A stretch of 64,000 nucleotides of DNA from Octopus sinensis (lineage: Eukaryota), in contig NC_043024.1 of assembly GCF_006345805.1 (NCBI RefSeq), positions 6,262,001 through 6,326,000 on the forward strand. Direction: 5' to 3'. The notes below the pieces were generated by a model. The model saw only the letters and a program-made list of their open reading frames with translations, ran no database searches and was not told where the DNA came from. Positions 1 through 12,328 of this stretch are shown piece by piece. Numbering within the stretch: the stretch's first letter is position 1; each line of letters begins with the position of its first letter. Both the position numbers and the translations under genes were made by a program.

Positions 1-163
1 TTGGCTACACGCGGGTGGAAGGGGCTGTTTGACACAATCGTTTCATTCACAAATTGAATTCGGTTGATACCAGTTGCGGATTCTAGCTCGCTCTGATACT
101 GAGTTGAGTTGGTGCCTTCTGGTATCTCAAAATTCAATATATAATCATTTATGATTATAGTAT

Positions 164-268
164 TCTACGCTGAAGAGAAAAGAAGTTCGGTAAGATAGAA
201 TTATTTAATATTTATATTTAATTCTTATGCTTTCCTAAAAACTTGATTTCGAAACGTACGTCCGTGGA
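164..268 (+). ncRNA. Type I hammerhead ribozyme, predicted cleavage after GUC (C262)
   Basis: Stem I UCUACG(164-169)/CGUGGA(263-268); core CUGAAGA (170-176); long imperfect stem II gaaa...uuuc (177-250); GAAA (251-254); palindromic stem III CGUACG; UC (261-262). Confidence 0.85.
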
Positions 269-760
269 TAACTAAAAAAATGTATGATAGATTGCAGTCA
301 ATTCATTCCTCTCTTACCTGTTTGTGTCTGCCCTTCCAAATGCTGTTTTTACTGAGATCTCCCTTTTTAGTAGAAGAAATAGCTATAACCCTTTGACTGC
401 TATTTCTAAATTCGGTATGTGGTAAGGCAACTCGTTTGTAAACCTTATGCTTAGTATTACTTAAATTTTCCTCGAATGAGGCTTTTACATGCCGAAGACT
501 ACTTGGTGTAATTGATAATTTTTCCAAATTAATTAATTTGCACCCTTCATTATTACGGAAACCATATTTTATCTCAGTAGATGACCACAGCATCTTGTTT
601 TGGCTACACGCGGGTGGAAGGGGCTGTTGACACAATCGTTTCATTCACAAATTGAATTCGGTGATACCAGTTGCGGATTCTAGCTCGCTCTGATACTGAG
701 TTGAGTTGGTGCCTTCTGGTATCTCAAAATTCAATATATAATCATTTATGATTATAGTAT

Positions 761-866
761 TCTACGCTGAAGAGAAAAGAAGTTTCGGTAAGATAGAATT
801 ATTTAATATTAATATTTAATTCTTATGCTTTCCTAAAAACTTGATTTCGAAACGTACGTCCGTGGA
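761..866 (+). ncRNA. Type I hammerhead ribozyme, predicted cleavage after GUC (C860)
   Basis: UCUACG-CUGAAGA(767-773)-75-nt stem II with aaguuu/aaacuu and agaauua/uaauucu pairings-GAAA(849-852)-CGUACG-UC-CGUGGA. Confidence 0.88.
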
Positions 867-1355
867 TAACTAAAAAAATGTATGATAGATTGCAGTCAAT
901 TCATTCTCTCTTACCTGTTTGTGTCTGCCTTCCAAATGCTGTTTTTACTGAGATCTCCCTTTTTAGTAGAAGAAATAGCTATAACCCTTTGACTGCTATT
1001 TCTAAATTCGGTATGTGGTAAGGCAACTCGTTTGTAAACCCTTATTGCTTAGTATTACTTAAATTTTCCTCGAATGAGGCTTTTACATGCCGAAGACTAC
1101 TTGGTGTAATTGATAATTTTTCCAAATTAATTAATTTCACCTTCATTATTACGGATAACCATATTTTATCTCAGTAGATGACCACAGCATCTTGTTTTGG
1201 CTACACGCGGGTGGGAGGGGCTGTTGACACAATCGTTTCATTCACAAATTGAATTCGGTGATACCAGTTGCGGATTCTAGCTCGCTCTGATACTGAGTTG
1301 AGTTGGCCTTCTGGTATCTCAAAATTCAATATATAATCATTTATGATTATAGTAT

Positions 1356-1463
1356 TCTAGCTGAGAGAGAAAAGAAGTTTCGGTAAGATAGAATTATTTA
1401 ATATTTAATATTTAATTCTTATGCTTTCCTAAAAACTTGATTTCGAAACGTACGTCGGGTGGA
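1356..1463 (+). ncRNA. Damaged hammerhead copy in unit 3
   Basis: Reads tctag-ctgagaga...gaaacgtacgtc-gggtgga, so core and stem I are disrupted (real mutation or sequencing error). Confidence 0.5.
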
Positions 1464-2029
1464 TAACTAAAAAAATGTATGATAGATTGCAGTCAATTCA
1501 TTCTCTCTTACCTGTTTGTGTCTGCCTTCCAAATGCTGTTTTTACTGAGATCTCCCTTTTTAGTAGAAGAAATAGCTAGAACCCTTTGACTGCTATTTCT
1601 AAATTCGGTAGGTGGTAAGGCAACTCGTTGCTAAACCCTTATTGCTTAGTATTACTTAAATTTTCCTCGAATGAGGCTTTTACATGCCGAAGACTACTTG
1701 GTGTAATTGATAATTTTTCCAAATTAATTAATTTCACCCTTCATTATTATGTATATATATATACATAAACATGTCCCTCTCTGTATAGTAGTGCATGTGC
1801 GCATGCACACATATGCACATACAGGTACACACATAAACACACACAAACACATAGATAGATATACAGTCGTTGATGTATTGAGTGTATAGCACACATCTAG
1901 CACACCCATGTATATATATATATTATATATATTATATATATATATATATTATATATAAGAGATTGATAGATAGATTGTCAGCATTATATAGCATTACCTG
2001 ATGTAAAATATAATATATATACATATACG

Positions 2030-2096
<67 letters not shown>

Positions 2097-2419
2097 TATA
2101 CAAGAGATAGATAGCTAGAGATATAATTAGCATTAATTTGTGGTTCACTTCATTATATCTACCTGCATGAACATCACAAGTCATTTAGTTTAGCTCTTGT
2201 TATTGTTATTGTTGTTGCTGTTGTTGTTGTTGTTGCTGTTTAGCGCTGATTGAGCAAAGCTATGATCAGTGCTATCAAGCCACGACCATCCTGTCTCATA
2301 TTTCTTTTAGAAAGATGTTTAAGGTCTTAGGTTATAATTCGGGAGGTATTTCTGGTTACTATGTCTAGCAGGTGGCTATACCACAATTCTACCAAGACTG
2401 CTTTGTGACAGTCATATCA

Positions 2420-2890
2420 CTCCACACTGTACAGACACCACCATCCCCGCTTGCCACCAACCTCACCACCATCATCATTACTACCGCTACCACCACCATC
2501 ACTGTCACTACCACTACCACCACCACCACCACCACCACCACCATCATTGCCACCTTCGCCACCATCACCATGATCTCCACTATCACACCCCACGACGACC
2601 ACCACCACAATAATCGTACCCCCCCCCAATAACAACAACAATATCACCATCAACATCAGTAGCAGCAGCACCACCAACATCAACACTATATTACTATCAG
2701 CAGATGTATACTTCATCAGAAAGCATCATTACTGCATCCTGCAATGCCACACTCCTGCACACACACACCTCATCCACCGCTATCACCACCACCACCAACA
2801 CCACCACCAACATTAATATCAGTCCCCCACCATCGCACCCTACCCCACCACCAAGCATCTACTACTGCTGCTGCTGCTGCTGTTAATAGA
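2420..2890. repeat. (ACC/ACT/AAC/GCT)n trinucleotide low-complexity tract
   Basis: Directly visible. Similar tracts lie at about 10800-11030, 21040-21230, 31550-31790 and 33330-33620. Confidence 0.9.
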
Positions 2891-3211
2891 CATACTCAAG
2901 AGACTAATCACCATGACTACCAAGGGTTGCACTGTTGTTTCTTAACAAGTGTGAACCAATTATAGACACATCCGGGGTGTGTGTGTGTCTGTATATATAC
3001 CTATATATCTATATTATGTATACATACACACACACACATATATATACACATATATACATAGAGTACTGCCACAGTCTAATGATTGAAATAAAACAGTTTT
3101 ATGATGTTTCATATTGAGATGCTTTTATTAAATTCATTCAGTTGTTAAACATAAATAAATCTTGGAATTAAACGGTTTTGATTTACTGTCAGGTGACTTT
3201 TGGCCAAACCT

Positions 3212-3245
<34 letters not shown>

Positions 3246-3319
3246 ATATATATTTATATACGTATGTGAGCGTGTGTGTGTATATATTATATATATATAT
3301 ATATGTATGTATGTACGTA

Positions 3320-3530
3320 TTTGTGTGTCTGTGTTTGTCCCCTCACCATTGCTTGACAACCGATGTTGGTGTGTTTATGTCCCTGTAACTTAGCAGTGTG
3401 GCAAAAGAGATGGATAGAATAAGCGTGAGGCTTGCAAAGAATAAGTCCTGTGGTCGATACGTTTAACTAAAGGCAATGCTCCAGCATGGCCACAGTCAAA
3501 TGACTGAAACAAGTAAAAGAGTAAAAGAAT
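3320..3530 (+). mobile_element. SINE family A, 3' half
   Basis: tttgtcccc...ttgcttgacaaccgatgttggtgtgttt...ccagcatggccacagtcaaatgactgaaacaagtaaaagagtaaaaga matches the tail of the full copies. Confidence 0.85.
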
Positions 3531-3589
3531 ATCCATAAGAAAGAAAGAAAAAAACCACATCAAAAGTAAAGAAAAAAAGATCAAGTTAT

Positions 3590-4010
3590 TCTTTACTCTC
3601 TTTTACTCTCTCTTTTACTTGTTTCAGTCATTTGACTGCAGCCATGCTGGAGCAGCGCCTTTAGTCGAGCAAATCGAACCTGGGACTTATTCTTTGTAAG
3701 CCTAGTACTTATTCTATTGGTCTCTTTTTGCCGAACCACTAAGTGACAGGGACATAAACACACCAGCATCGGTTGTCAAGCAATGCTAGGGGGATAAACA
3801 CAGACACACAAACACACATACATATATATACATATACATATATACGACGGGCTTCTTTCAGTTTCCATCTACCAAATCCACTCACAAGGCTTTGGTCGAC
3901 CCGAGGCTATAGTAGAAGACACTTGCCCAAGGTGCCATGCAGTGGGATTGAACCCGGAACCATGTGGTTGGTAAGCAAGCTTCTTACCACACAGCCACTC
4001 CTGCGCCTAT
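3590..4010 (-). mobile_element. SINE family A (tRNA-derived head, internal CA/TA microsatellite, (GTAAAAGA)n tail), full length
   Basis: The minus strand begins ggcgcaggagtggctgtgtggtaag...ggttccgggttcaatccc (A- and B-box-like). The body tagcctcgggtcgaccaaagccttgtgagtggatttggtagatggaaactgaaagaagcccgtcg recalls the Meta domain (from memory, unverified). Confidence 0.9.
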
Positions 4011-4339
4011 GGAGAAAAAAAAAAGAAACAAAAATCCCAGACCCACCACAAAAAAGTCAAAGAAATCAGAACACATTTACTGCCACTTCATAAATTCCAG
4101 TCAACTCTTGTAAGCGTTAAATGTTATCCAGTGAGCAAAAGGTCAAACTGCTGAATATATTTATTCTAGTCATGTGACATATGAATAAGTTGTAAAAAAA
4201 ATATTGATTCTAGTTTGTCACAGAAATAGTTAGGAAGATGTTGAGAATAGATATAAAAGAAAATATATATTGACAGAAAGTTATGATGTAATATTTTGTC
4301 TGGTAAATCTGGGAGGGGCTTTGCTGCACTCTTCATCAC

Positions 4340-4600
4340 CATCATCATCATCATCGTTTAGCGTCCGCTTTCCATGCTAGCATGGGTTGGACGTATGACT
4401 GAGGGCTGGCAAACCAGATGGCTGCACCAGGCTTCAATCTTGATCCGGCAGAGTTTCTACAGCTGGATGCCCTTCCTAACGCCAACCATTCCGAGAGTGT
4501 AGTGGGTGCTTTTTACATGCCACCGGCACGAGGGGCAGTCAGGCGGCACTAGCAACGACCTTGCTCGAATCTTTTACACATGCCACCACCGCGGGTGCCT
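4340..4600 (-). mobile_element. RTE-type 3' end fragment with (GAT)n tail
   Basis: catcatcatcgtttagcgtccgctttccatgctagcatgggttggacg...ggatgcccttcctaacgccaacc matches the 3' end of the RTE copy at about 35470-35630. Confidence 0.8.
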
Positions 4601-5020
4601 AGGAATGGCTGTGTGGCAAGTAGCTTGCTTATCAACCACACTGTTCCCGGTTCAGTCCCATTACGTGGCACCTTGGGTAAGTATCTTCTACAAAAGCCAT
4701 GAATCGACCACAGCCTTGTGAGTGGATTTAGTAGATGGAAACAGAAAGAAGCTTGTCGTATATATGTGTGTGTGTGTGCGTGTGTGTGTGTGTATTGTCA
4801 GTGTGTGTGTGTGCTTGTGTGCCTGTGTTTGTCCCCCAACATTGCTTGACAACCGATGCTGGTGTGTTTACGTCCTCGTAACTTAGCGGTTTGGCAAAAG
4901 AGACTGATAGAATAAGTACTAGGCTTTCAAAGAATATGTTCTGGGGTCGATTTATTTGACTAAAGGTGGTGCTCCAGCATGGCCACAGTCAAATGACTGG
5001 AACAAATAAAAGTAAAGAAT
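4600..5020 (+). mobile_element. SINE family A, full length
   Basis: aggaatggctgtgtggcaagtagcttgc head through the ccagcatggccacagtcaaatgactgg tail. Confidence 0.88.
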
Positions 5021-5029
5021 ATATATATA

Positions 5030-5270
5030 TCTTTTACTCTTTTACTTATTTCAATCATTTGAGTGCGGACATGCTGGAGCACTGCCTTTAGTCGAGCAAA
5101 TCGACCCCAGGACTTATTCTTGTAAGCCTAGTACTTATTCTATTGAACTCTTTTGCCGAACTGCTAAGTTATGGAGATGTAAACACACAAGCGATGTTAG
5201 GGGACAAACACAGACACACAAACATATACACACACACATATATATATATAACATATATACGATGGGCTTC
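5030..5270 (-). mobile_element. SINE family A, 3' portion (tail-to-tail with the preceding copy)
   Basis: cttttactcttttacttatttcaatcatttgagtgcggacatgctggagc...gggacaaacacagacac. Confidence 0.85.
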
Positions 5271-5839
5271 TGTCAGTGTTTTGTGAATGAGTTTGAGAGA
5301 CAGAAACTGAGTTGAGGTCTTGTCTCTCTAAATATCGGTCTGTCTGTCAATATCTATCGGTCTATCTGCCTGCCTGCCTACCTACCTACCTATCTATCTG
5401 TCTGTCTCCTACCTACCTACCTACATACCTACCAACCTACCTACCAACCTTCCTACCTACCTACCCACCAGGCTATCTGTCTCTCTCTGTAAGTATTTAT
5501 ATATATATGTACGTGTGTATGTAAATGTGTGTGTGTGTTTGCACATGCACATTTTTGTGTTTCCCCTTCCACCACTTGATAGCAAGTGTTGGTTTGTTTA
5601 CATCCCCATAAGTTATAAGTTCGGCAAAAGGGACCAATAGAAAATGTACCAGACATTTAAAAATGCCATTCTGGGATCAGCTTGTTCGTCTAAACACTTC
5701 AAGGTGTTGCTCCAGCATGGCTGCAGTTCAATGACTGAATTGAGTAAAGGATACATTCAACTGATGCATGAATAACCACATTATGTCGTCCAATATGGCT
5801 ACCATGGTCATATAAATCCACATTGATGGGCGACGCCAG

Positions 5840-6182
5840 TGCCACCAGGCTGGCTCCCATGCCAGCGGCACGTAAAAGGCACCGTACAAACATGGTCAAT
5901 GCCAGTGCCACCTGACTGGCTCCCATGCTGGTGGCACATAAAAGGCACCATACAAGCGTGGTCGATGCCAGTGCCACCTTACTGGCCCCCGTGCTGGTAG
6001 CATGTAAAAAGCACTACACTCTTGGAGTGGTTAGCATTAGTAAGGGCATCCAGCTATAGAAACCTTGCCAGGTCAGATTGGAGCCTGGTGCAGCCATCTG
6101 GTTTGCCAGTCCTCAGTCAAATCATCCAACCCATGCCAGCATGGAAAGCAGAAGTTAAACGATGATGATGATGATGATGATG
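5840..6182 (+). mobile_element. RTE-type 3' UTR fragment with three internal ~63-bp repeats and a (GAT)n tail
   Basis: gccagtgccacc...aaaaggcacc occurs three times, then ggagtggttagcattagtaagggcatccagc...gttaaacgatgatgatgat. Confidence 0.8.
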
Positions 6183-6339
6183 CCCCCCTCCCCCATTTTC
6201 TCTCTTTTCTCCCTTAAAGTCTTTGTGAAGGGATTTTCTAAGCGAAATATTGGCCAGAACTAAATATTTCACAGATTGTATTTCATTATTGTTTTTCTTT
6301 TTATATTTAATTCTCTGTCTGTCTTGCTACAACTTTCTA

Positions 6340-6377
<38 letters not shown>

Positions 6378-6771
6378 GCATGCACACAAACAGATTCATA
6401 CACAGACCAACAGCGACACATACACACACGTATGCAGTTATATCTGTGAACCTGTTTATTTGCCATATATCCCATGAGACATACCGTACAAGCATCCTTT
6501 CACTTAGAAATAGGTGTAAGTAGGTATGTGAGAGAAGGAGAGAGTAGGGGGAGAGATGGAGAGAGAGAGAGGGGAGGGAGAGGGGGGAGAGAGAGAGGGT
6601 GACGTGTATGTGAGTGAATGTGTGAGTGTATGATATATCATTTCTGCACATCATTGATGTGTGATAGAGAATATCAGAAATTTATCAAAGTGTGTGATAA
6701 TTGCTATCCAGAATATATCAAAAACCAGCTGACACCTCATTTTAGGTTTGATAAATGCAAGCATGAGTGTT

Positions 6772-6814
<43 letters not shown>

Positions 6815-7194
6815 TGATATATACATATATATATATATATATTTGTATATACACACATATAAATATTTGTGTGTGTGTCTGTATACATACATATACATCT
6901 GAATACATACATGCCAGTCGTATCTTTAATGTATGTGTGTTGTTTTTGTGTGTGTGTGAGTGTATGTGTATACGAGTGAGTGGACAAACGGAAGAAGGGC
7001 ATTCAACACAATTATTGGTTGTTACATGTAGGGATCAAAACAGTTTGATTCAAATTCGTTGGTACTCTTCAGTTTCAAGTGTGATGCTAGTCGTCAGCCA
7101 TTTTGAAATTGAATCAAACTGTTTTGATCCATATATATATATATATATATTCAAATTCAAATTCAAAATGGCTGAAGATTAGCATCATGCTTGA

Positions 7195-7552
7195 AACACT
7201 ATAAGTGCTGGAGTGTCAAGATTACAACTGTGAGGTTGTGAGTTTGATTTCCGGACCGGGCTGTGTGTTGTGTTCTTGAGCAAGACACTTTATTTCATGT
7301 TGCTCCCTTTTCACCCAGCTGTAGAAATGAGTTGCGGCATCACTAGTGCCAAGCTGTATCGGCCCCTTTGCCTTTCCCTTGGATAACATTGGTGGCATGG
7401 AGAGGGGACGCCGGTGTGTATGGGCGGCTGCTGGTCTTCCATAAAAAACAATCCTAGGTTGTACGGTCACTTGTGAGGTGACTTTCTGCCCAGACTTGTA
7501 ACCCCCCCCCCCGAGGGGAACCTCTTAGATGCACCCATGGTCATCATGACCG
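7195..7552 (+). mobile_element. SINE family C (diverged head)
   Basis: gtgaggttgtgagtttgatttccggaccggg...cttgagcaagacactttatttcatgttgctcc...cagctgtagaaatgagttgc, shared with copies at 51795, 58192 and 48530. Confidence 0.8.
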
Positions 7553-8059
7553 ACAGAATCAAGTTTTATACATGTAAATATCTGTGTGTGTGTGTGTTCG
7601 TGTCTTGTGGTGAACATTCCCCACACCACACAGCACCATTGTCCCCACCCCCAACCGTTTAACATTACTTATGAATGTATGTAGCTTCATGTGTGTGAAT
7701 ATATGTGCAAAAGTGTGTGTGTGTGTCTGCACGAGAGAAAAAGTGAGAGAGAGAAATAGAGAGATTAGTTAAGGTTATCAGCCCTCTAATGAGATACCCA
7801 AGTCTGCCCCCCCCCACTTTAAAGTAATTTTGGGGTAACTGATAATTGAGAAGATATTGTGTATTATCACAACTCTCATCAGCTGTTTGGGATGATAAAC
7901 AACACTGTCATTCATATATGGTGATGATGATGATGATATATATATATATGTAAATATATATATATACGTATAGGATGTACTACTCATCTCATGAGACATT
8001 GCAGCATCTTTTCGTTTAGACGTATGTGCACAGATGTATACATTTGCATGCGTGTGTGT

Positions 8060-8106
<47 letters not shown>

Positions 8107-8194
8107 CGTGTGTGTTTGAAACATATGGACAAATAGATAAATGGATAGACAGAAGAGGAAGGCAAGACAGCCAGAGACATAAACTAACATATGG

Positions 8195-8242
<48 letters not shown>

Positions 8243-8294
8243 GAGAGAGATAGAGAGAGAGACCAAAGTGTATGTACGCCACTATATATATATT

Positions 8295-8700
8295 CTCTCT
8301 CTTTTACTCTTTTACTTGTTTCAGTCATTTGACTGCGGCCATGCTGGAGCACCGCCTTTAATCGAGCAACTCGACCCCGGGACTTATTCTTTTGTAAGCC
8401 TAGTACTTATTCTATCGGTCTCTTTTGCTGAACCGCTAAGTCACAGGGACGTAAACACACCAGCATCGGTTGTCAAGCGATGTTTGGGTGGGGGACAAAC
8501 ACAGACACACAAACACACACATGCGTATATATACATATATACGATGGGCTTCTTTAAGTTTCCATCTACCAAATCCACTCACAAGGCTTTGGTCGGCCCG
8601 AGGCTATAGAAGACACTTGCCCAAGGTACCACGCAGTGGGACTGAACCCGGAACCATGTGGTTGGTAAACAAGCTACTTACCACACTGCCACTCCTGCAC
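8295..8700 (-). mobile_element. SINE family A, full length
   Basis: Same head, body and tail as the copy at 3590-4010. Confidence 0.9.
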
Positions 8701-8714
8701 CTATATATATATAT

Positions 8715-8950
8715 ATGAAAATACAAAATGGGATAAGAACACAAAACATCCAGACAGTTAAGTGATGCAAGAAAGGGACAACAAAACATCCAGATAGACG
8801 ATACAAAGAAAACAAGGACGGGTCATTCGGAGTTTTTTTCCTCAGTTGAGTTTCAGGTTATCTTTGCAATTTCGGCTGGTTATACTCGCGATTGCTTCAA
8901 TCTGACCGTGTAACCTTCTCCATTTTTTTCCGTCCTTGTTTTTGTATACA
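8715..8950. mobile_element. Unclassified dispersed repeat (partial; inverted copy at 11800-12215), possibly Penelope-like
   Basis: aaaatacaaaatgggataagaacacaaaacatccagacagtt...aacaaggacgggtcattcggag is the reverse complement of 12090-12215. Confidence 0.6.
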
Positions 8951-8956
8951 TGCTAG

Positions 8957-9280
8957 GAGGGACTTTTAAAGTCATAACTACCAAAAATAAACGAATCGTA
9001 CCGAATGCAGCTCTCGAAGCAAGACATTTAAAAACAGAATTTAGTTCCAGATCACCTGTGATTTCGCAATTAACGTATTATCTCTGCCGGGTATGTTGGT
9101 TTTGTTCATTCATGATATATTTTGAATTCGTTTCACTGAAGAGCAAGAGACGTAGATAATACGTTAATTGCGAAATCACAGGTGATCTGGATCTAAATTA
9201 TGTTTTTAAATGTCTTGCTTCGAGAGCTGCATTCGGTACGATTCGTTTATTTTTGGTAGTTATGACTTTAAAAGTCCCTC
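8957..9280. mobile_element. MITE with 127-bp TIRs, GAG...CTC termini and CTAG flanks (Sola2-like candidate)
   Basis: Arms 8957-9083 and 9154-9280 are reverse complements with 2 visible mismatches; 70-bp spacer; CTAG at 8953-8956 and 9281-9284. Confidence 0.75.
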
Positions 9281-9311
9281 CTAGCGTGTGGCATTTATGT
9301 GTAATAATGCC

Positions 9312-9350
<39 letters not shown>

Positions 9351-9479
9351 AACACACACGCATATATATATATACATACACACACACATATATGTATGTA
9401 TACACACACACACTACATCCCCCACACATATACCTCAGTTCCATTACACAAAGCTAATACTTCTTTGTGAGAATACCTA

Positions 9480-9710
9480 TTTCTTTATTACCCACAAGGG
9501 GCTAAACATAGAGGGGACAAACAAGGACAGACATAGGTATTAAGTCGATTACATCGACCCCAGTGCATAGCTGGTACTTAATTTATCGACCCCGAAAGGA
9601 TGAAAGGCAAAGTCGACCTCGGCGGAATTCGAACTCACAACGTAACGCAGACGAAATACCGCTAGGCATTCTGCCCGGCGTGCTAACGTTTCTGCCAGCT
9701 CGCCACCTTA
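9480..9710 (-). mobile_element. SINE family B
   Basis: The minus strand reads aaggtggcgagctggcagaaacgttagcacgccggg...gagttcgaattccgccgaggtcgactttgcctttcatcctttcggggtcgataaattaagtaccag...gtttagccccttgtgggtaataaagaaatag. Confidence 0.88.
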
Positions 9711-9993
9711 TTCTCTTTGTGAGAATACCATGCACTGGTACTTTACCTCTAACACACAAAGGTGTGTGTGTGTGTGTGGTGTGTGTGTGTGTGTGTGCAT
9801 GCATGCGTGTGCACAATTCAGTATGTGAATGTTTGCTTGTGTGTACACTCACCAATACAGACATACACATATATACTTACATAGATACATAAACACACGC
9901 ACACACAAATTTGCATGCACGTGTATATGTTAGAATGTTTGAGTGTGTGTGTGTGTGTGTACACATACATATAAGTATGGATTATATATATAT

Positions 9994-10044
<51 letters not shown>

Positions 10045-10078
10045 TATACATAATATATATATATATATATATGTGTGT

Positions 10079-10127
<49 letters not shown>

Positions 10128-11560
10128 CACATATACATATATATATATATATATATGTGTGTGTATACATACATATATATATATATATATATAATATATA
10201 TAGATATGTATACACACACACACACGTCACCCATATGTCACCTCCACAGGAACTACGTAATTTAAATAGCAGCTATATTTGTTTACACTTTCATTCTGCC
10301 ATTTTCTTCTCTTCTTCTCCCCCCCCCCTTTCCCTTCCTTCCGTAATCTCTTCCTTCTTTCCTCTTTGTTTGCTATCTTCCTTCCCTCTTTCTTTTTTTT
10401 CTTTCTTTCTTTCTTTCCATAACTATCATTTTTTCTCATTTCTTGTAATTTTATTTTGCAAATTCTGGACTTACCTGTCTATCTGTATGTGTGTGTGTGC
10501 ATATGTGTACATGCACACACTAGTATGCTTACACACACACATGTATCCAGATACAGACACAGACACACACACAGTGAGAATAATGTCCATTGAAGAGTAT
10601 AGTAAATCATATAGCTTAGATTTATTGGCAGACATGCATGCTCTTTAAATCTCTCTCTATATATACACACACACACACACATAATAATAAATGCCAGAAC
10701 GAATTTCTGTGTGTCAGTGTGTGACAATTTGACCGCCTCTCTCACTATTCACTGGCACTTCTACGCCTCTTTCTGGGGTGAGAGTAATAGTATGAGCTGT
10801 AGTTGTGATAGAGGCGGAGGCAATGGTGATGGTGGTGGTGGTGGTGGTGGTGGTGGTGGTAGCATGACAGTGATAGTAAGGGATGTGAAAGACAGTGGTG
10901 ATGGTGGTGGAGGGGAAGGCAATGAAGTCAAAGCTGTTGATGGTGGTGGCGTAAAAAGTCTGAATGGTTTGTGTACGGCAGTTGTAGTGGTGATGGTGGT
11001 GGTACTGATGATGGTGATGGTTGAAAACAATCAAGAGAAAGAGAGGGAGAGAGAAGAGGTTAGACAGAAAAAAATTGTACTGACACCCGATTGGGAAGAC
11101 AATCAATGCTTTAAGAAAACTTGTTCTTCGCTCAAGTTTAATAAAATTTAGTATGCGTTCAATGTATGAAGTGTCATTGTTGGGCTCAAGGCCCAATGAA
11201 GAGCCTTTCATAGGAGCTAGCTTAAAATCCGCCCTATCCAGCGGCTTTTAAGTTAGTATATTTGACATCATCTCCGACAGCTGTCAGAGATGATGTTTAA
11301 TTTTTTAATATATCTATAATTATTAATTATCCCTCTATTTTCTTATCTTCATAATATATATATAAACCAAGGGTTATCTAATTACCTTACAGTTGAATAT
11401 TAATTTTAATATTCAACACTCTTTAAATTAGTAACTAACCAGTATTTTCATTGGATTTTATTTTCCCTTATTAAGGTTTATAAGCTTCATTTGAACACAC
11501 ACGCACATAAATATACACAGAGAGAGAAAGGGATATGCATCATGCATACATATATATGTG

Positions 11561-11593
<33 letters not shown>

Positions 11594-11602
11594 ATGTATG
11601 TG

Positions 11603-11694
<92 letters not shown>

Positions 11695-11799
11695 ATATAT
11701 ATATATATATAATATATTTCTCGCCCCTCCTTATTTCTTCTATCCCTCTGCCTCTACCTGTCTCTCTTCTCTTCCCACGTGACTTGTGTTCAGCCAAGC

Positions 11800-12215
11800 C
11801 TGACCTTTCTTTCTTGGTTTGACTACCATCCGTAAAATCCTGTATCTCTGCCGTAAGGCTTTACTTCCACACATGCCAACCTAATTTCATTCGTCTTTAG
11901 TCGAAAGACACCTGTTGTTATGTCCTGTCATTTGCATTTGTGTAACATTCTCCGTTTTTTTCCGTCCTTGTTTTCGTATACATTCACTGCTTTCTTCCAA
12001 GGAATCTAATGCTCTTAGCTTAGTTTTTTCCTTGGGGCTGGCCAGATTGAAGCAATCTCAAGTATAACCGGCTGAAATTGCAAAGATATTCTGGTACTCG
12101 ACTGAGGAAAGAAAACTTCAAATGACTCGTCCTTGTTTTCTTTTCATCGTCTATCTGGATGTTTTGTTGTCCCATTTTTGTATCACCTAACTGTCTGGAT
12201 GTTTTGCGTTCTTGT
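11800..12215. mobile_element. Unclassified dispersed repeat, longer copy of the 8715-8950 element with an internal direct repeat (cgtccttgttttc)
   Basis: Reverse-complement match to 8715-8870; cgtccttgttttc occurs at about 11963 and 12128. Confidence 0.6.
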
Positions 12216-12271
12216 CCCATTTTGTATTTTTTTTATATATAAAAACATGTAGCGGTGTTCATACACTTTGG

Positions 12272-12328
<57 letters not shown>

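Larger units (their letters stand above)
1..1747 (+). repeat. Tandem array 1: about 3 copies of a 598-bp unit, each with a hammerhead ribozyme motif (retrozyme-like); runs off the left window edge and ends in (TA)n
   Basis: The unit start ttggctacacgcgggtgg recurs at about 1, 599 and 1197. The HHR cleavage sites at 262 and 860 are 598 bp apart. The third copy stops at ...cccttcattattat, followed by (TA)-rich microsatellite. Confidence 0.95.

Noticed and set aside
303-644. 113-aa ORF in array 1, and ORFs 44027-44236, 44867-45193, 50704-51033 and 51410-51601 in arrays 2 and 3
   Set aside because: The frames are not conserved between tandem copies or subfamilies, and there are no RT or GIY-YIG motifs; the units are treated as non-coding.
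9130-9175. Hammerhead-like CTGAAGA...GAGA-CGTA/TACG-TT in the MITE spacer
   Set aside because: GAAA is replaced by GAGA, there is no stem II and stem I does not pair.
12095-12135. Hammerhead-like CTGAGGA...GTC in the unclassified repeat (also 8815-8850 on -)
   Set aside because: No GAAA, and no stem I or stem III pairing in either copy.
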